Assembly (NCBI GenBank): GCA_030041075.1 | Contig: JASHOP010000099.1 | Span: forward strand, 3,852 to 67,851 | Source: Thermoplasmata archaeon | GTDB taxonomy: Archaea > Thermoplasmatota > Thermoplasmata > Lutacidiplasmatales > UBA184 | Length of the DNA stretch: 64,000 bases | Direction of reading: 5' to 3' | Shown here: positions 45,515 through 55,108 of the stretch, one piece after another | Layout of the letters: each line of letters starts with the position of its first letter | How positions within the stretch are numbered: the first letter of the stretch is position 1 | Notes under the pieces: model-generated | What the model saw: only the letters and a program-made list of their open reading frames with translations | Databases searched by the model: none | What the model was told of the DNA's origin: nothing | Made by a program: the position numbers and the translations under genes

Positions 45515-46152
45515 CCTCCCCGGTCGGCGGCGCGCCGTCCCTGCCCCGCCGTTCCCCCTCGGTCTCCGAGCTCCTCGCCGCGTTCCCTCCGCGGACGCCC
45601 CCCGTCAGCACCGCGGGCGCGGCGGTGACGGTCGTCCTCCGCGAAGGAGCCTCCGAGCCGGAGGCGCTCCTGATCGAGCGCGCTCCGAACCCCACCGACC
45701 CCGGATCCGGGCAGGTCGCCCTCCCCGGGGGGCGCGTGGACGAAGGCGACGGCTCGCTCGCGGCGACCGCCCTCCGAGAGCTGGAGGAGGAGGTGGGTCT
45801 GGTCCGATCCGACCTATCCGGCCCGCTGAGGTTCGTCGGGACGGGCCACGCGCGACAGTTCGGACTGAGGGTCGGCGTCTTCGCGGCCGAGCTCGGTCGT
45901 GAGCGCGGCGTCCCGTCGGTGCGCAGCGCCGCGGAGGTCGCGCACGTCTTCTGGTTGCCCCGCTCAGAACTCGGTGAGGTCCGCCGCGTGACGCGGGAGA
46001 CGAGCCACGGGCTGGCCGAGGTGGCGGCGACGGTGCACGAGGGGCATGTGCTCTGGGGGTTCACCCGCCGGGTCTTGCGCGAGTTCTTCGGCCTGCCACC
46101 CGACGGCGAATCCCCGGGATCTCTCCTAGTGCGCGACCCATCGGACGGCTAG
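45511..46152 (+). CDS. NUDIX hydrolase
   Basis: ...GGRVDEGDGSLAATALRELEEEVGL... Nudix box (GX5EX7REUXEEXGU). Confidence 0.8.
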   Translation: MTSPVGGAPSLPRRSPSVSELLAAFPPRTPPVSTAGAAVTVVLREGASEPEALLIERAPNPTDPGSGQVALPGGRVDEGDGSLAATALRELEEEVGLVRSDLSGPLRFVGTGHARQFGLRVGVFAAELGRERGVPSVRSAAEVAHVFWLPRSELGEVRRVTRETSHGLAEVAATVHEGHVLWGFTRRVLREFFGLPPDGESPGSLLVRDPSDG

Positions 46153-46254
46153 CCTGTTCCGGCGTGCAGGGAGAGCCGAGCGGCCGGGATCGAGCCGCCC
46201 GGCGGGGCCAGTTACGGAAGGCGAATCGGGCTCCGGACGTCCCCCGTCGGGTCC

Positions 46255-46773
46255 CTAGAGTATCGGGGCGCGGAAGCTGTAGATTCCCGACACCGAGATC
46301 GCAACCTCCGACGCGGACTGCACCTCGAAGCCGTACTGGCCCCCCGCGACGACCGTCAGATCGCCCAGGCCGTCGGACGACGCGTTGACCCCATAGACCC
46401 TACCTCCCCCCGGGCCGACGATCGAGAAGTTCAGCCGCTGCGACGGCGCCGAGTTCCAGATGAAGCTGAACGAACCGGCGTGCGGGAACGTAAGGGTGTA
46501 CGCGCGGTCGACCGTCGAGCCGCCCGGATCCGTGAAGGAGAACGACTCGGCGACCGCCTGCGACACCGACACGAACCCGAGGGCGGCGATCACGATGACG
46601 ACGGTCGCGGAAACGGCGACTGCGACGATCACCGGAGGCGTGAGAAGCCGTCCCCGTCGCGGTCGGGGCGCCTCGTGAGCGTCGGCCGGAGGCGGCTCCC
46701 CGGACCCGGGCTCGATTGGGGCCGGGACCTCCGCTTCGGGGAGGGTGGCTGGTACGGCCTCCGGAGTCGACAT
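46255..46773 (-). CDS. Membrane-anchored hypothetical extracellular protein
   Basis: Pro-rich N-terminus, TM helix VIVAVAVSATVVIVIAALGFVSV, then a beta-rich ectodomain. Confidence 0.5.
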   Translation of the reverse strand: MSTPEAVPATLPEAEVPAPIEPGSGEPPPADAHEAPRPRRGRLLTPPVIVAVAVSATVVIVIAALGFVSVSQAVAESFSFTDPGGSTVDRAYTLTFPHAGSFSFIWNSAPSQRLNFSIVGPGGGRVYGVNASSDGLGDLTVVAGGQYGFEVQSASEVAISVSGIYSFRAPIL

Positions 46774-47001
46774 GGCGTCGTGGCGCGAGACCCTCGACGT
46801 GGGCGAGGTCGGCCGGCGACCCTGACGCTCAGGATAAGCGTTTGTTCCGTGCCCACGAGGTATCGCGGCCGGACCAGGCTCCGGCCGGGAGGGCCGGGCC
46901 GAGCGGTCGCCGCCCGAGGGAGCGGGCCCCGGCCCGCACGACGGTCAACGGACGGCCGGGCGGTCCGGCCGGCGGAGCGGGCGGCGTTCGACCGGTATCA
47001 G

Positions 47002-47021
47002 TATTATATAGGTTTAAATAG
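47002..47021 (+). promoter_or_regulatory. Strong TATA box region (GTATTATATAGGTTTAAATAG) about 25-35 nt upstream of the tbp start
   Basis: Most AT-rich 20-mer in the window. Canonical archaeal TATA (TTTAAATA / TTATATA). Confidence 0.55.
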
Positions 47022-47040
47022 TCGCGCGCGGGGGATTCGT

Positions 47041-47589
47041 TTGGTCAAGATCCGGATCGAGAACGTCGTCGCCTCGACCTCCCTCGGGGACGAACTCGAC
47101 CTCCAGTCGATCGCCCTAGGGCTCGACGGGGCGGAATACGAGCCCGAACAGTTCCCCGGCCTAATCTACCGGCTCAAGCAGCCGAAGACCGCGATCCTCC
47201 TCTTCCGGTCCGGCAAGGTGGTGTGCACGGGAGCGAAGAGCATGCACGAGGTGGAGGAGTCGATCGCGACGGTCGCCCAGCAGATCCGCAAGGGCGGCCA
47301 GAGGATCCACCTCCGCCCCAAGATCGAGGTCCAGAACATCGTCGCGAGCTCGGATCTCGAGAGCGAGATCAACCTGAACGCGATCGCGGTGACGCTCGGA
47401 CTCGACCGCGTGGAGTACGAACCCGAGCAGTTCCCGGGCCTCGTCTGCCGGATCGACGAGCCGAAGGTCGTCGTGCTCCTCTTCGGCAGCGGCAAGCTCG
47501 TCTGCACGGGCGCGAGAAAGCCTTCGGATGTCGAGGTCGCGGTGAAGAAGATCACCAAGGAGCTCCAGGGCGCCGGCCTCCTAAGATAG
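47041..47589 (+). CDS. tbp: TATA-box-binding protein
   Basis: (L/M)VKIRIENVVASTSLGDELDLQSIALGLDGAEYEPEQFPGLIYRLKQPKTAILLFRSGKVVCTGAKS... has the two TBP repeats. Apparent TTG start. Confidence 0.9.
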   Translation: MVKIRIENVVASTSLGDELDLQSIALGLDGAEYEPEQFPGLIYRLKQPKTAILLFRSGKVVCTGAKSMHEVEESIATVAQQIRKGGQRIHLRPKIEVQNIVASSDLESEINLNAIAVTLGLDRVEYEPEQFPGLVCRIDEPKVVVLLFGSGKLVCTGARKPSDVEVAVKKITKELQGAGLLR

Positions 47590-47610
47590 GGCGGCGCTCT
47601 CGGCCGGCCT

Positions 47611-48480
47611 GTGGCGCTCCCGTCGGATCTCCCCGTCATCGACCACCACTGCCACCTCTCGCCGCACGGGGAGGGCGTGGAAGCGGCCCGCCGGTTCCGC
47701 TCGGCCGGAGGGACCCACCTGTTCCTCGCGACCCAGAACTACGGACCCGGCACCCCGCGCTCCGTGGACGACTATCGCGAGCAGTACGAGACGACCGAAC
47801 GGCTCGCGCGCCGGCTGGGGGATGAGTCGGGCGTGACCGCGTACGTCGTCCTCGCTCCCTACCCGGTCGATCTCGTGGACGGGGCGGCGCAGATGGGAGC
47901 GGCGCGGGCCCTCGAGCTCCACCAGGCGGCGCTTGACCTGGCCGGCGCGTGGATCCAAGAGCGGCGGGCGGTCGCGCTGGGCGAGGTCGGATGGCCCCAC
48001 TTTGCGGTCCCGCCGGAGGTCGCTCGGATCGGTTCCGCGGCGTTCCGGCATGCCCTCGGGGTCGCCCACGACGTCGACTGTCCTGTGGTCGTCCACTCCC
48101 CCGATCTCGACCCCGCCGCATACCGAGACCTGGCGGTCGAGGCGGATCGCGCCGGGATCCCGCGGCATCGGATCGTCAAGCACTACGCCCGCCAGCGCGT
48201 CCGCGACGGCGCGTCGAGCGGGATCGTCCCGTCGTATCTGGCCCGCCGGCAGCTCGTGACGGAGGTCCGCGACGATCCCGGCCCGTGGTTCCTCGAGACC
48301 GACTTCCTCGACGACCCGCGGCGTCCGGGCGCGGTCCTCGACCTCGCGACCGTCCCCCGGCGCGCGAGGTCGATCGCGCAGACCGACGGGGGAACCGAGA
48401 GGCTCCGGGTCCCGTTCGTCCGCTCGGTGGAGCGGGTCTACGGCTGGACGCCGCGAACCGACGGGAAGGCGGGACCATGA
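47611..48480 (+). CDS. tatD: TatD-related metal-dependent hydrolase/deoxyribonuclease family protein
   Basis: MALPSDLPVIDHHCHL... (HxH), ...LGEVGWPH..., ...VVVHSPD... fit the TatD/amidohydrolase metal-ligand spacing. Confidence 0.65.
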   Translation: MALPSDLPVIDHHCHLSPHGEGVEAARRFRSAGGTHLFLATQNYGPGTPRSVDDYREQYETTERLARRLGDESGVTAYVVLAPYPVDLVDGAAQMGAARALELHQAALDLAGAWIQERRAVALGEVGWPHFAVPPEVARIGSAAFRHALGVAHDVDCPVVVHSPDLDPAAYRDLAVEADRAGIPRHRIVKHYARQRVRDGASSGIVPSYLARRQLVTEVRDDPGPWFLETDFLDDPRRPGAVLDLATVPRRARSIAQTDGGTERLRVPFVRSVERVYGWTPRTDGKAGP

Positions 48481-49115
48481 AGCGCGGAGGGGCCCGACGG
48501 GGACGACTGATTGCGCTGGAAGGGATCGACGGCTCCGGGAAGTCGACCCTGGCCCGGGCCCTCGCGGCCGCGCTGCGACGAGGGGGGCGCTCGGTCCGGG
48601 TCCGACGCGAGCCGTCGGACCGACGCCTGGGAGCGCTCGCCCAGTCGGCGAGCGTCGGCGACCCGTGGTCCGGTGCGATCTACTTCACGATCGATCGTTA
48701 CCTCGCCCGTCCGGCTCTCGAGCGCGACCTGGCGCACCACGACGTGGTGGTGACGGACCGGTCGTACTACTCGACCCTCGCCTACCAGGGCAGCGCCCTC
48801 CCCGCTCGGGACCGGGTCCGCCTCAGGACGATCCAGACCTCCACGACGTGCCGCCCCGACCGGACGATCCTCCTCGATATTTCGCCGCGCGAGGCGCTCG
48901 CCCGGCTCGGGCGACGTTCGCCGGCCCGCAGCCCCCTCGAGCGGGACCGGACGCTGCGCCGGGTCGCCCGGGCCTACCGGGAGCTGGCGCGACGTCCCGG
49001 CTGGATCGTGCTCGACGCCCGACGCCCCCGGCGGGCTCTCGTCGCCGAGGCGCTGCGACGCCTCGACGCGGAGCGGACCCTCGGTGCTCCGCGCCGTCGC
49101 GCTGGGAGAAGGTGA
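48477..49115 (+). CDS. tmk: Thymidylate kinase
   Basis: ...LIALEGIDGSGKSTLARAL... P-loop, ...DRYLAR... ATG overlaps the tatD stop (ATGA). Confidence 0.8.
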   Translation: MKRGGARRGRLIALEGIDGSGKSTLARALAAALRRGGRSVRVRREPSDRRLGALAQSASVGDPWSGAIYFTIDRYLARPALERDLAHHDVVVTDRSYYSTLAYQGSALPARDRVRLRTIQTSTTCRPDRTILLDISPREALARLGRRSPARSPLERDRTLRRVARAYRELARRPGWIVLDARRPRRALVAEALRRLDAERTLGAPRRRAGRR

Positions 49116-49146
49116 TATCCGCGCCGCGCTCCGGAGGACCGGCCCG

Positions 49147-50304
49147 ATGACCCCTCCGACGCGCATCCTCCTCCGCGAGGAGACCCTCGACCCGTCGTTT
49201 CTTCCCCCGAAGCTCCCGCACCGGGAGCCGGAGCTCGCGCTCCTCCTGAAGCGGTACCGGGAGGCGCTGGCGCGCGGGGTCCCGTTCCACCTACTCCTGA
49301 CCGGAGGGGTGGGCAGCGGGAAGACCGCGCTCGCCCGGCGGCTCGCCGCCGACCTTGAGCGCGCAGGCCGGCTCGGCGAGTACCCGGCCCAGGCGACGTA
49401 CGTCAACTGCTGGCGCCGGGCGAGCGACCGGACGGTGATGCTCGACCTCCTGAGGAGCGTGGGGGTGTCGCTGCCGGATCGGGGCTACAGCCTGTCGGAG
49501 ATGCTGGACGTATTCGAGCAGGGGATCCGACGCACGCCGGCCCACCACCTCGTGCTGCTCGACGAGGCTTCCGCGCTCGTGAAGCAGGGAACGAAGCTCG
49601 TCTACCTCCTCTCCCGCTCGCGCGAGGTCGGTCTCGGCTCGATCTCGCTGGTCCTGATCGCGGCCGAGGACCTCCTTCCCTACCTCGACGCCCCGAGCCG
49701 GTCGAGTTTTGGGGTGACGCATCGGCTCGCGCTCGCCCCGTACGGTCGCGCGGCGCTCGCCGACATCCTCGTGTCGCGAGCCGAGCTCGCGCTCCGCGGC
49801 GGGAGCTTCGACCGGGATCTTCTCGACCAGATCGCGCGGGTCGCGGCCCCGGGCGGCGACGCGCGATTCGCCCTCGAGCTGCTGGCGAACGCCGCCCGGG
49901 CCGCCGAGGACGCCGGCGCGGAGGCGCTCGCGGCCGAGCACGTCCGCCGGGCCAAGGGCTCGATCCTGCCCACGGTCACCGAGTCACAGCTCGAGACACT
50001 CTCGACGAACCAGCTGGGAGTCCTCCTCGCGATCGCCCGGTCGCTCAAGCGGCGCGGCACGTCCGTCCCGAGCCAGAAGCTCCGGGCGGCCCACGCCGCC
50101 CTCCTCGAGGAACTCGGAGGGCCGACGATGAGCCGCACTACGTTCTGGCGGACGCTCAAGGAGCTCGAGCGTGACGGGCTCGTGTCGCTCGACGCCGGAG
50201 CGTCGGGCGAGTCGAGCCAGGTTGCGATGGACGAGCTGCCCGCGAGTTTCCTCGCGACGTTGCTCGAGGAGCGGCTCGGGCGCGCCGGGGGCCGGAAAGC
50301 CTAA
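49147..50304 (+). CDS. cdc6: Orc1/Cdc6 replication initiator (AAA+ with C-terminal winged helix)
   Basis: ...PHREPELALLLKRY...HLLLTGGVGSGKTALAR... Walker A, ...LVLLDEAS... Walker B, C-terminal wH (...TTFWRTLKELERDGLV...). Confidence 0.88.
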   Translation: MTPPTRILLREETLDPSFLPPKLPHREPELALLLKRYREALARGVPFHLLLTGGVGSGKTALARRLAADLERAGRLGEYPAQATYVNCWRRASDRTVMLDLLRSVGVSLPDRGYSLSEMLDVFEQGIRRTPAHHLVLLDEASALVKQGTKLVYLLSRSREVGLGSISLVLIAAEDLLPYLDAPSRSSFGVTHRLALAPYGRAALADILVSRAELALRGGSFDRDLLDQIARVAAPGGDARFALELLANAARAAEDAGAEALAAEHVRRAKGSILPTVTESQLETLSTNQLGVLLAIARSLKRRGTSVPSQKLRAAHAALLEELGGPTMSRTTFWRTLKELERDGLVSLDAGASGESSQVAMDELPASFLATLLEERLGRAGGRKA

Positions 50305-50331
50305 AGCGCGCTCCGAGGGTCCTCGGGCCCC

Positions 50332-51249
50332 GTGGCGGGCTCCCAGGCGCGGTCGGCGCCGTCCTCCGTTCCCGAACGCCTTCCGGCCTGGATCCGCACC
50401 CGGCCGCCGCAGGGACCGGTCTATCCCGCGGTCCGGGAGATCCTCGGCGACCTCCGCCTCGGGACGGTCTGCCGCGAGGCGCGGTGCCCCAACCTTTCCG
50501 AGTGCTGGTCGCGCGGTGCGGCGACGCTCATGCTCCTGGGGACGGAGTGCACCCGTCGGTGCGCGTTCTGCGCCGTGACGACGCACTGGCCCCGGGGGAC
50601 GGTCGATCGCACGGAGCCGACGCGCGTGGCCGAAGCGGTCCGCCGGTGGGGCCTGCGGTACGTGGTCCTGACCCAGGTCTGCCGCGACGACCTCCCGGAC
50701 GGCGGGGCCGGGCTGCTCGCGGAGGCGGTGGACCGGATCCGGGAGGCGAGTCCGGGAACCCTGGTGGAGCTGCTGATCGGCGACCTGGCCGGCGACGACG
50801 GGTCGCTCCGGACGGTGCTCGCCGCGTCGCCCGACGTGCTCGCGCACAATCTCGAGACCGTCCGCGCGCTCAGCCCGCGCGTGCGCGACCCACGCGCGAG
50901 CTACGACCGCTCGCTGCGCGTCCTCGCGCGCGCGCGCGAGATCGGCCCGCCCGATACCGTGACGAAGAGCTCGATCATGCTGGGGATCGGCGAAGGCGAC
51001 GAGGACCTCGTGCGGGCGTTCCGCGACCTGCGGGAGGCCGGCGTCGACCTCCTCACGCTCGGGCAGTACCTCCGTCCCGGTCCGGAGCACCTGCCGGTGG
51101 CGCGCTACGTCCCCCCCGACGAGTTCGACCGCTGGTGTTCGGTCGGCCGGGAGATCGGCTTCGCCGGGGTCGAGGCCGGTCCCCTCGTCCGGAGCTCGTA
51201 CCGGGCCGAGGAGCTCTACCGCCGGGCTCGCGCGGCCCGGGGGGGGTAG
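50332..51249 (+). CDS. lipA: Lipoyl synthase
   Basis: ...CPNLSECW... (auxiliary cluster) and ...CTRRCAFC... (radical SAM CX3CX2C). Confidence 0.9.
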   Translation: MAGSQARSAPSSVPERLPAWIRTRPPQGPVYPAVREILGDLRLGTVCREARCPNLSECWSRGAATLMLLGTECTRRCAFCAVTTHWPRGTVDRTEPTRVAEAVRRWGLRYVVLTQVCRDDLPDGGAGLLAEAVDRIREASPGTLVELLIGDLAGDDGSLRTVLAASPDVLAHNLETVRALSPRVRDPRASYDRSLRVLARAREIGPPDTVTKSSIMLGIGEGDEDLVRAFRDLREAGVDLLTLGQYLRPGPEHLPVARYVPPDEFDRWCSVGREIGFAGVEAGPLVRSSYRAEELYRRARAARGG

Positions 51250-51252
51250 CGG

Positions 51253-51606
51253 GTGGCGAAGAAGGTCCGGCGCAACCCCGAGGCCGCGGAGGAGGCGAAG
51301 TTCGAGTTCCCGGCGTTCGACGAGGCGGGGTTCTTCAAGAAGGAGCTCGAGATGACGTGGGCGGTCGTGCTCGCGTGCGGCTTCGCCGTGCTCCTGGGCC
51401 TCCTCTCCTGGCTGTCGTGGAACGCTCTCCTGCCCTGGTGGGCCGGGTTCCTGATCGGGCTCGCCGGAGTGATCCTGGGACTGATCGCGATCGGGCGGCT
51501 CCGGACCAACTCCCACCTCTACACGAAGGGCGACTGGGCGGCGCTGTTCGCGCTCGAGTTCTTCGGCTGGATCGCGCTCTGGTTCGTGCTCGTCAACGTC
51601 GCGTAG
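51253..51606 (+). CDS. Small two/three-TM membrane protein (hypothetical), GTG start
   Basis: Charged N-terminus (KKVRRNPEAAEEAKFEFPAFDEAGFFKKELE) then hydrophobic helices. Confidence 0.5.
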   Translation: MAKKVRRNPEAAEEAKFEFPAFDEAGFFKKELEMTWAVVLACGFAVLLGLLSWLSWNALLPWWAGFLIGLAGVILGLIAIGRLRTNSHLYTKGDWAALFALEFFGWIALWFVLVNVA

Positions 51607-51615
51607 GCCGGCGCC

Positions 51616-53025
51616 CTAGCTCCGGTGGGACCAGGGGAGCCGCTTGTCGAGGAGCTGCCGCAGCGCGTCGGCGAGCGCCTCCGATTCCGGGGCCGCCGCG
51701 AGGGGCCGGACCGCGAGCTGGCCGGGGCCGTCCGGCGTCAGGTTCTTCCCGAGGGAGAGCCGCGCGAGGCTATCGCCGAGGACCGTTTCGATCTCGCACT
51801 CGGTCCACCGGGTCTCCACGCCGAGGCTGCCGTCGTCCCGGACGAACGGTCCCTGGAGGACGCCGGTACCGCTCGCGGTCCACTTCCCGAGGAACTGCCC
51901 GACCCGGTCGATCCCTGGCGGGGGGCCGTCCCGACGGCGGACCGGCGAGCGGAGGCGGTGCGCGACCTCGAGCGCGAGGACGATCCGCTCGGCGTCCGCG
52001 GCGCTGCTGCTGCCCAAGACCTCGAACCCGGCCCGCGCCGCTTCGGCCGCGAGCGCGCTCTCCGCCTTGCGCACCTGAGGGTAGAGCGTGTCGTCGACGA
52101 TGTCGGGCCGGGGGATCTCGGCCACGCAGACGTGGCTCTGGCGGTCGGTCGTCCGGCGGAGGGCTTCCCCCCGCGAGATCCGGTCCGGGGGGTCGACATC
52201 GAACCATGCGGCGGACGGCGCGTCCAGATAGGCTCCGGCCGCGACGACGAACAGGCCGAGGTTCCGGCGCGACAGGGCCGTCGCGACGTTCCGATGCGGG
52301 TCGACCGGGTCGGTCAGGATGAGGGCGACGTCGTCGGGGAGCCGGGGGGCTTCGCGGCCCGGTTCCTCGAGGCGCGCGGGGACGCGCCAGCGGCGCGCGG
52401 CGGTCAGGAGCGCGCGGAGGGAGCCGTACTTGAGGACCAGGAGCTCGACCAGGTATCCCGAGAACCCCTCCGTTCTCGCCTCCGACCCGTAGATGCCGAG
52501 GGCCCGAAGGAACTGCTTGGTGAGCCGGATCTGACCGACCTCGGACGCCGTCTCGCGCTCGGCGAGGTACGCCTGATGGAACGGGGTACGGTCGACGGGG
52601 GAGATCGGGTGGGACGGGTCCGAGACCGCAAAACCGGGGACGGCGTCGACGGTGAACTCTTCGTACCGGCCGCGCAGGTACGGATGCTCCGCGTACCGGG
52701 TCTCCGGGCCGGTGAGGACCGCCCTCCCGAGCGCGAGCCCCTCCTCGCGGAGCCGGTCGCGGGGGAGGTCGGGGGGAAAGAGGAGGAACAGGTCGATGTC
52801 GAGGCGGTCGTTGAGGAACGTCCCCCGCGCCGCGCTGCCGGCGACGACGGCGCGGACGAGCGGACTCGATCGGGCACGGGCCGCCTGCTGGACCCGGTCG
52901 GGGAGCTCGGACCGGACCCGCTCCACGCGGGCCAGGAGCTCCGAGGACGGGGCGATCCGAACGCCGACCGCGGCCTCGATACGGTCCGCCTCGACCTCGG
53001 TCTCGTGCCGTGGCGGAGAGGACAT
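51616..53025 (-). CDS. cca: Archaeal CCA-adding enzyme (tRNA nucleotidyltransferase, class I)
   Basis: ...VVAGSAARGTFLNDRLDIDLFLLFP... Pol-beta-type NT motif, characteristic archaeal Cca architecture. Confidence 0.85.
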   Translation of the reverse strand: MSSPPRHETEVEADRIEAAVGVRIAPSSELLARVERVRSELPDRVQQAARARSSPLVRAVVAGSAARGTFLNDRLDIDLFLLFPPDLPRDRLREEGLALGRAVLTGPETRYAEHPYLRGRYEEFTVDAVPGFAVSDPSHPISPVDRTPFHQAYLAERETASEVGQIRLTKQFLRALGIYGSEARTEGFSGYLVELLVLKYGSLRALLTAARRWRVPARLEEPGREAPRLPDDVALILTDPVDPHRNVATALSRRNLGLFVVAAGAYLDAPSAAWFDVDPPDRISRGEALRRTTDRQSHVCVAEIPRPDIVDDTLYPQVRKAESALAAEAARAGFEVLGSSSAADAERIVLALEVAHRLRSPVRRRDGPPPGIDRVGQFLGKWTASGTGVLQGPFVRDDGSLGVETRWTECEIETVLGDSLARLSLGKNLTPDGPGQLAVRPLAAAPESEALADALRQLLDKRLPWSHRS

Positions 53026-53120
53026 TCCACGGGGGGGACGCTCCGGCGCAGATGAGCCTTCGGCTCCGGGCCGGGCAGCGAGCGTTATCGCGCCGGCCGG
53101 CCTTAGGGATCGGGAGGGAG

Positions 53121-54188
53121 ATGGCGGCCACGCTGGCCGATCGGGCCGCGACGCTCTGGACGCCGCTGGAGGCCGGCAAGGTCCGGTGCACGGCGTGCGC
53201 CCGCTACTGCGCGATCCCCGACGGCTCGCACGGGTTCTGCTTCGTTCGGAAGAACGAGGGCGGACGGCTCGTGCTGCTGACCTACGGGCTCGCCTCGGCG
53301 ATCCAGGTCGACCCGGTCGAGAAGAAGCCGCTCTCCCATTTCCACCCCGGCACGCGCGTCTACTCGATCGGCACGGTCGGGTGCAACTGGCGCTGCCTCT
53401 ACTGCCAGAACGCCGAGATCTCCCAGGAGCACGAGATCAAGGGGCGAACCCTGTCCCCCCAGGCGGCCGTCGCGGGGGCCCGGCGGTACGGCTGCTCGGG
53501 CGTGACGTTCACCTACAACGAGCCGTCGATCTTCGCCGAGTACGCCCTCGACATCCTGCGCGAGGCGCACGCGGCGGGCCTGTTCGCGAACTTCGTCACG
53601 AACGGCTACATGACCCCCGAGGCGGTCGAGGCGATCGGGCCGCACCTGGATGCGGTGAGCGTCGACTTCAAGGGGAGCGGCGAGCCCGGTTTCATGCGCA
53701 AGTACATCAGCGCGAAGGGACCCGAGCCGATCTTCGACTCGGCGGCCGGGCTTAAGCGACGGGGGGTCCACGTGGAGATCACCGACCTGATCGTCCCCCA
53801 GGTCGGGGACTCCGTCGACGCGACGCGGAAGCTGGCCCGCTACGTCGTCGACACCCTGGGGCCGGCCACGCCGTTCCACCTCCTCCGGTTCCATCCCGAC
53901 TACAAGATGCTCGACCTGCCCGAGACCCCGATCGCCACCCTCGAGAGGCTCCACGCCGTCGCGAAGGCCGAGGGGCTCGAGTACGTCTACCTCGGGAACA
54001 TCTGGGGGCACCCGCTCGAGCACACCTACTGCCCGGGATGCGGCGCGATCGCGGTGCGACGCTACGGCTTCACGATACGGTCGTGGAACCTCGACCGCGA
54101 GAACCGGTGCCGGGCGTGCGGGCACCCGATCCCGATCGTCGGGAGGCCCCCGCCCGACTACGTTGCCGCGTTCGCGACCCCCGTGTAG
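53121..54188 (+). CDS. Radical SAM enzyme of the AmmeMemoRadiSam-system / PflA-like activase type
   Basis: ...GTVGCNWRCLYCQN... CX3CX2C. N-terminal CxxC (CTACARYC). C-terminal ...CPGCG...CRACG. SD-like GGGAGGGAG upstream of ATG. Confidence 0.8.
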   Translation: MAATLADRAATLWTPLEAGKVRCTACARYCAIPDGSHGFCFVRKNEGGRLVLLTYGLASAIQVDPVEKKPLSHFHPGTRVYSIGTVGCNWRCLYCQNAEISQEHEIKGRTLSPQAAVAGARRYGCSGVTFTYNEPSIFAEYALDILREAHAAGLFANFVTNGYMTPEAVEAIGPHLDAVSVDFKGSGEPGFMRKYISAKGPEPIFDSAAGLKRRGVHVEITDLIVPQVGDSVDATRKLARYVVDTLGPATPFHLLRFHPDYKMLDLPETPIATLERLHAVAKAEGLEYVYLGNIWGHPLEHTYCPGCGAIAVRRYGFTIRSWNLDRENRCRACGHPIPIVGRPPPDYVAAFATPV

Positions 54189-54963
54189 GCGCCGCGCGGG
54201 GCACCGCCTCGACCACGAGGTGAAGGGGGATCTCGGTGAGGAACGTACCCTGGGGGCTCTTCGCCACGATCTCCGGCAACGGCCAGGGTTCCTCGAGCCT
54301 AGTGACCACGAGCCGCGCGGCGCGAAGATACCCGGAGTACGTCGAGAGGGTCCGGTGGAACGACTCGGTCCAGACGATCCGCCCAGCCGACACCTCCCAG
54401 GGGATCCTCGACCGACCCTCGACGCGATAGCCGCGGACCTTCCTCCAGACCGTGGCGCGGTAGATCCCGTCCGTACCGAATCCCCGCTCGACCGACCAGA
54501 GGGAGCGGTCGTCGAGGTCGAAGCACGGATGCGCGATCGAGAACACGAACCGGCCGTTCGGTCCAAGGACCCGGGCAGCCTCCCGGATCGCTCCGCGGGC
54601 GTCGGCGATGTCCATCAGGGCCATGTTCGCGACCACCAGGTCCGTCGTGCCGGTCGGCAGCGGTAGTCGGGCCGCATCGGCCACCTCAAAGCGCGCGCCG
54701 GTCGGGTCGTTGCGCTCGTGGCCGCGGGCGATACGGACGTTGGGAGCCGAACGGTCGAACCCGACCACCGTCGCCGCGCCCGCCCGGGCCATCCGGCGGG
54801 CGAGGTAGCCGTTCCCGCACGCGACGTCGACCACACGGAGGCCCCGGACCGGGCCCACGACCCGGCGAACGGCCGGATCGATGAGCGAGCGGTGCCAGAG
54901 GTCGCCGTTCGCCCCCATCCGCCGGTCGCGCCAGCGGGCCATCGCATCCCATCCGCTCGTCAT
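54070..54963 (-). CDS. Class I SAM-dependent methyltransferase
   Basis: ...RVVDVACGNGYLARRMA... motif I, ...DLVVANMAL... motif II. The 3' roughly 118 nt overlap the convergent radical-SAM gene. Confidence 0.75.
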   Translation of the reverse strand: MTSGWDAMARWRDRRMGANGDLWHRSLIDPAVRRVVGPVRGLRVVDVACGNGYLARRMARAGAATVVGFDRSAPNVRIARGHERNDPTGARFEVADAARLPLPTGTTDLVVANMALMDIADARGAIREAARVLGPNGRFVFSIAHPCFDLDDRSLWSVERGFGTDGIYRATVWRKVRGYRVEGRSRIPWEVSAGRIVWTESFHRTLSTYSGYLRAARLVVTRLEEPWPLPEIVAKSPQGTFLTEIPLHLVVEAVPRAAPTRGSRTRQRSRAGASRRSGSGARTPGTGSRGRGSTTVS

Positions 54964-55108
54964 CGATCCGCCGGCGGACGCCCAGAACCCGCTCCCATTA
55001 AGGGGAGTACGGTGGTCGCCCCCGCGCGGACCCGGGCCCCGCGCGCGGGGTTCCCTAGGGCAGATAGCCGTAAGTGGAGAGCCCACCGTCGGCCGCCCGC
55101 GCGGCTCC

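Noticed and set aside
46780-47040. Replication origin upstream of tbp / near cdc6
   Set aside because: Apart from the TATA box the spacer is about 75% GC with no ORB-like inverted repeats or AT-rich unwinding element. The cdc6 flanks are coding.
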